This document shows positions 42,984 to 64,000 of a stretch of 64,000 bases of DNA, piece after piece. The stretch lies in the NCBI GenBank assembly GCA_002269645.1, contig NIVC01000424.1, positions 248,001 to 312,000 of the forward strand. The letters are read 5' to 3'. The stretch is from Macrostomum lignano. Its lineage: Eukaryota. The notes beneath the pieces were generated by a model that was given only the letters and a program-made list of their open reading frames with translations, made no database searches and was not told where the DNA came from. The first letter of the stretch is position 1. Each line of letters opens with the position of its first letter. The translations under genes and the position numbers were made by a program.

Positions 42984-44167
42984 TATTTTTCAGAGTTCAA
43001 AATAATCTGCCTTTTTAGGCAAGACAACGTTTGTTTTTTAAAACGTCGGACTTTACAATCTTGATTTGATTAATAAATGTACAACCGCCATGCATGTTAA
43101 ATTATAAAACCTAGCAATTCTCAGGGTTAACAAAGTACAGTCACTGTATGCTTTAAATAGTTTTAGTTTCTTTTTTAAACTTCAGCGTTTTATTTTTAAA
43201 AAAACTTAATAGCATTTTAAAATTAAGTAGTAATTTTTGTTTTAAATTACTTAATAACGGAGCTTTTCCTATTAGTGCCAGTAAAGGTAAATACATATTT
43301 TGTTCCATCGGTACTGCGTTTTAGAAATTTGTCTGCCTGTTCAAAACCATCTATAAGTGTGTTTGTAATAAAATTCTAGAACTGCGAAATGCTGTGGCTT
43401 CGCTAGACGTTTTTAGAGTCTAGCTGAATATATTTGGGATATTCCCAAAACAGTGACCGCAGCTTTTTTAGCACGCTTCAACATCAATACTCTCATAAAG
43501 CATAGGTTTATAAAGAATGAATAATTTTAAATTTGTAAGTCCTTAACATTAACAATTAAATAGTTAAAGTACTTCATGGTTTTAATTCCACGAATCTTAA
43601 TTATTTAGTTATAAGCACTTATAAATTCTGTCTCGATCTCGACGATCTGCACTGACCAGCAAAAGTGATTCAATAAAGTTTAACTGTACTGGTAGAATAT
43701 TTTTTACTTTTTAATATTTTAATACTTTGTGTATTAATTGATTCATTAAATGACAGGATAAAATACGTCAATTTAAAATACGAGTAAAGGCGCCAGAAGA
43801 ATTTAAAATATTACGAGGATATGAATCCGGAATTTAAAGGTTGCACCTCTTGTTCACTTAGAAAGATATGACAGTGTTAAAAAATTCTTAATTTTTGCGC
43901 AGCAGCTGTGTGTGAAAAAACAGGATAAAATAAGCAGTTATCGTACAGTATTAAAAATCAAGAATATTTATAACTAAATAATGTTTAGTTAAACATAGAG
44001 CTGTTTTGTTGAACTCGAGCTGTTGAAGTCAAGAATGAGTATGCAAGACAAGGATGATTCGATGTTATATCAATGCAAAATATAGAATAAGGTTCAACAT
44101 AATTTTTTAGCAAACAAAGCTGTACGAGTGTAAATATTGTTTGCATTTATTCAGAATTGGGTCAACT

Positions 44168-57075
<12,908 letters not shown>

Positions 57076-57087
57076 CTGGAATGAAAG

Positions 57088-57274
<187 letters not shown>

Positions 57275-57577
57275 GCAGGTGGCAGTAATATGACATTTCA
57301 TAAAATCGAACTTGAATTCAGACCCAGTCGGGAAAAAACTCTTGAAGCCAGCTGAAAAGAACAAGCAAGCGCAGACTGCATGCTCTGGAGCAGCGCGATC
57401 TATTTCAAGTTGCAAAATGGGTTTAAGCAGGTCAATTGAGTGGAGAATCGAACTCGTGTGTCAATCAACAAACTGGCTGACCTAAACGCTCCCACGTAGT
57501 CAAGGAGATTTATTGATTTAATATCTGGCGTGGATTATCATTACCTTTGATCTGTCTAATTTGTGAATTATGTTTAG

Positions 57578-58300
57578 TTTGTGAATTGTACAGTTTGTGA
57601 ATTGTCCAGTTTGTGAATTGTCCAAATTCACAGTTTGTGAATTGTCCAGTTTGTGAAGTGTCTGGTTTATGAATTGTCCAGTTTGTGAAGTGTCCAGTTG
57701 GTGAATTGTCCAGTTTGTGAATTGTCTGGTTTGTGAATTGTGTTTAGTTTGTGAATTGTACAGTTTGTGAAGTGTCCAGTTTGTGAATTGTCTGGTTTGT
57801 GAATTGTCCAGTTTGTGAATCGTACAGTTTGTGAATTGTCCAGTTTGTGAATTGTCTGGTTTGTGAATTGTCCAGTTTGTGAATTGTCCAGTTTGTGAAG
57901 TGTCCAGTTTGTGAAGTGTCCAGTTTGTGAATTGTCCAGTTTGTGAATTGTCCAGTTTGTGAATTGTCCAGTTTGTGAATTGTCCAGTTTGTGAATTGTC
58001 CAGTTTGTGAATTGTCCAGTTTGTGAAGTGTCCAGTTTGTGAATTGTCCAGTTTGTGAATTGTCCAGTTTGTGAATTGTCCAGTTTGTGAAGTGTCCAGT
58101 TTGTGAATTGTCCAGTTGGTGAATTGTCCAGTTTGTGAATTGTCCAGTTTGTGAAGTGTCCAGTTTGTGAATTGTCCAGTTGGTGAATTGTCCAGTTTGT
58201 GAATTGTCTAGTTTGTGAATTGTCCAGTTTGTGAATTGTCCAGTTTGTGAAGTGTCCAGTTTGTGAATTGTCTGGTTTGTGAATTGTCCAGTTCGTGAAG
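57578..58300. repeat. 16-bp minisatellite
   Basis: Unit GTTTGTGAA(T/G)TGTCCA. Confidence 0.96.
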
Positions 58301-58811
58301 TCTTCAATCCAGACACCTATATTCACAGTTGTCTTTGGCTGGCACAACCAGAACAATTACCAATCGATCGACAACTATAAGCACCTGCGCTGTGGATCAG
58401 CTAGAGAAAAAACTGGTCCAAGTAATATTCTGTATAAAATATGAATTATGAATCGGCTAATTTAGTAAGACAGTCTGGTCCAGCCATTGTGAGTGATTGT
58501 GTGGGAGTGTCGAAGTGGCCAGGGCCTACAAAATGGAGGCGCAGTTGTCGCATCTGTGTGCTCTTGGGTTTTTTTAAATAACTGATTAATATGCTGCCTA
58601 TCAATATGAATTATAAAGTGCTGCGTGACTCATTCAAAACACTCTTATTGGCAGCTATTAAACAAAAAATTGCTACACAAAGGCCCATCTCTTACTGTTG
58701 CGAGTTTGTGCGGGTAGGAAAGACAAAAAATGGCGGACAAAGCGAAAAAATGGATAAAAGATTTCGATTTTGCTTGACAGTTTTATGGCAACATATCGTC
58801 TGGTGCCGGTG

Positions 58812-59170
58812 AGAGTGGGGAGGGAGAGAATGAGAGGTGGAGTGAGAAGGGAGAGAGAGAAGGAGAGTTGGAGGGAGAAGGGAGAGCAGGAGAGGTGGAG
58901 TGAGAAGGGAGAGAAGGAGAGGTGGAGGGAGAAGGGAGAGGAGAGGTGGAGTGAGAAGGGAGAGGAGAGGTGGAGTGAGAAGGGAGATAAGGAGAGGTGG
59001 AGTGAGAAGGAAGAGGAGAGGTGGAGTGAGAAGGGAGAGGAGAGGTGGAGTGAGAAGGGAGAGGAGAGGTGGAGGGAGAAGGGAGAGGAGAGGTGGAGTG
59101 ATAAGGGAGAGGAGAGGTGGAGTGAGAAGGGAGAGGAGAGGTGGAGTGAGAAGGGAGAGCAGGAGAGGGA
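58812..59170. repeat. 24-bp polypurine minisatellite
   Basis: Unit GAGAGGAGAGGTGGAGTGAGAAGG. Confidence 0.94.
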
Positions 59171-59510
59171 GGTGTTAGGGAAATGCAGTGAAGCTGTCAG
59201 ACAGAAAGTTGCAGAAAGCACATGACGAGCTCGCGCTAACAAAGTCTAAATAAAAAGCGCAGAGTTCAGCGATACAGAAGGAGAGCAAAGGTTCTATTTC
59301 AATGATTTCATGTGCCTGTGACAGTCACAGACAGGTAACTCAGTCATAAATGCTCACAAATCTACTACAGATCCTACCTGACAACATTAGGCATTTTGAC
59401 GTTCCATTTCATTGGGCTAGCCCAGAAATAAAACAATTATCTTTTGCTGCAAAATTAACCTGTTTTTGAGCACTGATGCGTATAGACTTCGGCTTTTGAG
59501 TAGGATGCCT

Positions 59511-59996
59511 CCACTGACTGACTGACTGACTGACTGACTGACTGACTGACTGACTGACTGACTGACTGACTGACTGACTGACTGACTGACTGACTGACTG
59601 ACTGACTGACTGACTGACTGACTGACTGACTGACTGACTGACTGACTGACTGACTGACTGACTGACTGACTGACTGACTGACTGACTGACTGACTGACTG
59701 ACTGACTGACTGACTGACTGACTGACTGACTGACTGACTGACTGACTGACTGACTGACTGACTGACTGACTGACTGACTGACTGACTGACTGACTGACTG
59801 ACTGACTGACTGACTGACTGACTGACTGACTGACTGACTGACTGACTGACTGACTGACTGACTGACTGACTGACTGACTGACTGACTGACTGACTGACTG
59901 ACTGACTGACTGACTGACTGACTGACTGACTGACTGACTGACTGACTGACTGACTGACTGACTGACTGACTGACTGACTGACTGACTGACTGACTG
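59511..59996. repeat. (ACTG)n microsatellite
   Basis: Perfect repeat of about 120 copies. Confidence 0.99.
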
Positions 59997-60481
59997 ATAT
60001 CAATACAATAAATTAGCACAGCAACATATCAGAAGGAAGGCAGGAAAACTCACCATAGAGAATCTCCTATGTCCGAAACCAGCATGGTTTGTAGTCGTGG
60101 AAGATTGAATTAGCGAATCGACAGGAAAATTTTGCTGACTGGTTTCAGTGGTTTGTAATTGAAACAGCATCATGGTTAATTAATAGTTAATTTCAAGATA
60201 ATTTAAAGATTTAAGACTCAATAAATCTGGATTCGATAAGCTATTTATATGCCAGAAAGGTGAAGTCGGTGATTAATGAACCATACAACAGTTTAACAAA
60301 TTTGAAGCCTAGACTAGACCTCTCGAGAGAGTCTGTCTGGGGAAGGGGTGGGTGTCCTGTCCGAGCCAATTAGAGTTCACTTCACCGGTGAGTGGCGGCT
60401 GGCTTGGCTGGCCAAGGGCCTCCTTGTTCAGAGTGCATGAAATCTTTCTGACAATAATTATAAACTGAACAGTGATTTTAA

Positions 60482-61140
60482 CTGGCGCCACGATTCTTTA
60501 TTTGGCGCCACGATTTGTAATTTGGCGCCAGGACTCTCAAATTGGCGCCACCATTCCTAATTTGGCGCCACGATTCTTAATTTGGCACCACGATTTTTAA
60601 TTTGGCGCTAGGATTTGTTATTTGGCGCCACGGTTCCTTATTTGGCGCAACGATTCTTTTTTGGCGCCACAATTCTTCATTTGGCGCCCTGATTTGTTTT
60701 TTGGCGCCACTGTTCTTTATTTGCCGCCACTGTTCTTAATTTGCCGCGACTATTCCTAATTTGGCGCTATGATTCGTTATTTGGCGCCAAGATTCTTAAT
60801 TTGGCGCCACGATACTTTATTTGGCGCCGCCATTCTTTATTTTGCGCCATGATTCTTAATTTGGCGCCACGATTCTTAATTTGGCGCCACGATACTTTAT
60901 TTGGCGCCACCATTCTTTATTTGGCGCCACCATTCTTTATTTGGCGCCACCATTCTCAATTGGCACCACGATACTTTATTTGGCGCCACCATTCTTTATT
61001 TGGCAATGCGGTTCTTTATTTGGCGCCACCATTCTCAATTGGCACCACGATACTTTATTTGGCGCCACCATTCTTTATTTGGCAATGCGGTTCTTTATTT
61101 GGCACCAGGACCAGGACTCTCAATTTGGTGCCAGGATTTT
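60482..61140. repeat. ~21-bp GGCGCC minisatellite
   Basis: Unit TTTGGCGCCAC(G/C)AT(T/A)CTT(A/T)AT. Confidence 0.94.
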
Positions 61141-61786
61141 TAATTAGAACCTGGTTTAAAATTTAAACCAGGATTTGAATTTTTCGCGGCTAAACGCGGC
61201 ATCCGGATCGCAGGACCTATGCAGTCAGTGCTTCTGAAGGACCGCGTGTCAGATAACTCAATGCTCTTTTAAGGCCAGAGAACGAAAACCACACTTCAGG
61301 TTGCCAGGCCTTCTATCACAATAAATCAAAGCTATTTTGGAAACATTTTTGCTATTTTTTCTCGTTTTTGTCGATTCAAGCTCCAACTTGTCAGGCCAAA
61401 CAGCAAGCAATGAATTATGATTATAATAACTCTGGAACGGAAGACCCTTCCATTTCTCAGTAAAAGATCTTATCTCTAATCTGCCCTTACGCTGCAGTAC
61501 GAGTTGCGGTTTCAGTTATGATTTATTACTCTTGAGCAAGTTAGACAGATTGCTTATCTATCTGAGACAGAGAGGCTGCATTACTTGTAGCAATATGCTC
61601 TTGAGAGTGGCTTGTACTCAGATTTTATTGTCTGTTAAGTTTTGTTGTCAAGCCGACTGGGTACTGGAAGACAGAAGCTCCCGTATTTGAGCTTTGAAGT
61701 TCGGAATGTTTAAACTCGTATGTGGACTGAAGGACAGACCGGCTTCTTTGTTCGGCCTTGCGTTTGCAGATTGCTTGTTGTTTGAC

Positions 61787-62045
61787 AGTCAGTGAGTCAG
61801 TGAGTGAGTGAGTGAGTGAGTGAGTGAGTGAGTGAGTGAGTGAGTGAGTCAGTCAGTCAGTCAGTCAGTCAGTCAGTCAGTCAGTCAGTCAGTCAGTCAG
61901 TCAGTCACCCACTCACTCAAGTCAGTCAGTCAGTCAGTCAGTCAGTCAGTCAGTCAGTCAGTCAGCCAGTCAGTCAGTCAGCCAGCCAGTCAGTCAGTCA
62001 GTCAGTCAGTCAGTCAGTCAGTCAGTCAGTCAGTCAGTCAGTCAG
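61787..62045. repeat. Compound (AGTG)n/(AGTC)n microsatellite
   Basis: Direct observation. Confidence 0.97.
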
Positions 62046-62399
62046 GCTGGCTGGCATTTAGTGCCCGAGAACTTTTAAAACTTCCCCCATGCAACCCCCT
62101 AAACTCCTTTAGCAGAGTGAGGCGGGGCGGTCGAGGGTCCCTGCCTGAGGAGCCTGACAAATGATTCACTAGAATGTGGCGACAACTATTGCAGCCTGTT
62201 CTATCTCCAGATAGATAAGCAATCTTAAGCCTTACTAACGAGCTATGATATTATTTCATATTCCTAACAAGTAATAAATCATAACTGAAACCGGCAACGC
62301 GCTAGATCCTTTACTGAGTAACATTAAAGGGTTTTGTCATGGAGATCGGGAACTAGAACCTGGAGTCCCAACTCTTTTAGTCTGGAAAGACCCCACATA

Positions 62400-62539
62400 T
62401 AGGATTTTCGGTTCTCAATCTCAACCAACTCGGAATAATTTGTGCCCTTATTGAGCAGGACACTTAACTCTGCATTGCTTCAGTTCACCCAGCTGTAAAA
62501 TGGGTGCCAGAAATAGCTGGGGTAATTGAGGGTGTGTGT

Positions 62540-62540
<1 letters not shown>
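62400..62540 (+). mobile_element. Degenerate tRNA-derived SINE fragment (CORE/V/Meta-like central domain)
   Basis: TGTGCCCTTATTGAGCAGGACACTTAACTCTGCATTGCTTCAGTTCACCCAGCTGTAAAATGGGTGCC resembles the conserved SINE core (from memory), preceded by a decayed B-box-like GGTTCTCAATCTC. Confidence 0.5.
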
Positions 62541-62881
<341 letters not shown>

Positions 62882-63449
62882 GTGAACACAGATGACTATC
62901 TACGAGTCAAAAGGATCGGGCACCAGACAGATGACCACACAGACAGAGTTGGAAAACAGGACTAGAATGCCTGCATGCGAAGGCTTAAAGACTTCAGACA
63001 AAGGGTTTGTCCGACAACTGGATCTGTCAAATTCTCTATAGCAGGCGCAGGCGGGCCCCGCCGCTGGTACGGCACAGGCATGGTTTAACACTGATGTCGG
63101 CACGTGTTTGACAGAGCTGAAAGCCAAATCTGTCGGCTGACAGAAGTGCGTGCGTGAGTGTGACAAGTGAGGCTCATACGAGACCAGAAAAGCGGCCAAT
63201 TCAGGCTCATTGCCGGTTTTGTTTATGTCGTTCCGAATTCAAAGCAGCAGCATATTGACACATATCGAGATAATTGCTGAGCATATTTTTGCTCACTATA
63301 ATTAGTATCAGCAATTCTTTGTTTCCAATTATTTTTTTGATTTCAAGCAAAATTTAAATTTAAATTTAAATTTAAATTGCATAAAAACTTACTTAGGCTA
63401 CTTAGAGTAGGGTCGTAGACATGTATTAATATTTTCTTTTGCATCAATA

Positions 63450-63650
63450 GGTAAATAATAATACAATGATAATTGATTAGACCTGCCAGCAGCTATTGCG
63501 CGGCGCATCTGAAGGCTGCGTACGGCTGTTCAGTCCAAGGACTGGGGGTCGCCACACACACCCTCAATTCCCCCAGCTAATGCTGGCATCCATTTGAAGC
63601 CTTTCAGTCGTGAGTTGGACGCTCTAGGCTACTAGGCTGCAACCCTAAAA
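63450..63650 (-). mobile_element. Internally deleted SINE-like copy in the opposite orientation
   Basis: Minus strand has an A-box-like head GCAGCCTAGTAGCCTAGAGCGTCCAACTCACGACTGAAAGG, shares TGCCAG..TAGCTGGGG(G/T)AATTGAGGGTGTGTGTG with 62504-62539, and ends in a TATTATTATT tail. Confidence 0.45.
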
Positions 63651-64000
63651 TCGCAATTCGTCAGTTTGTTGACTTGATAGATTGGTTGTCATGGCAACTG
63701 CAATCGATCGTAACTGCCTTCTGTTTTAGCTCAGAATCTTTGAATTTGATTGATAGATAGCATTGTCTAAGTTTTTTTAACGAAGGCTTCTTTGATTGCT
63801 GCTTTGTGTTGGGCCCCTATTGTTCTCAGGCATCGGTAGTTTCTATAACTATTGAGGGTGCTTGCTGCTTCTTAATTGGGTAGCCTGGGCCAGAAGATTG
63901 GGATGCATTTCACAAAAGACAATTGAAAGTGCAAGTGCTGTGTTGAGAGCACTAGTATTGAAGAGAATTGAGAAGAGGCAGGAGAGAGGGATATTGAGGA

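Noticed and set aside
62900-63199. Possible RING exon for the PDZRN-like gene
   Set aside because: Cys/His residues are scattered across frames with stops; no complete C3HC4 pattern.
63750-64000. Possible LINE reverse-transcriptase fragment at the window edge (minus strand)
   Set aside because: Only vague similarity, interrupted by stops; too little sequence to support.

Overview
Eukaryotic (animal) genomic DNA, about half of it simple tandem repeats. Short GT-AG introns, TTAGGG patches and the minisatellite load suggest a free-living flatworm such as Macrostomum, but that is inference. All host genes I can build are on the minus strand. They are: two previously unannotated paralogous multi-exon single-pass membrane receptor genes (about 1.8-6.1 kb and 26.4-31.6 kb) with a possible TIR/SEFIR-like tail; two tandem MATE (SLC47-like) transporters; a CFAP119/CABCOCO1-family ciliary gene; and a PDZRN3/4-like two-PDZ gene. 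Mobile DNA includes a structurally complete P-superfamily element (19781-23494, 44-bp perfect TIR, 8-bp TSD, spliced THAP transposase of about 889 aa), a 1.25-kb hAT-type non-autonomous element with an 8-bp TSD, and Helitron-like and SINE-like fragments. More than 25 tandem arrays are present, several tagged by telomere-like repeats. Most long ORFs in the supplied track are repeat artefacts. Exon models were derived by hand from splice signals and phase consistency; no database search was run.
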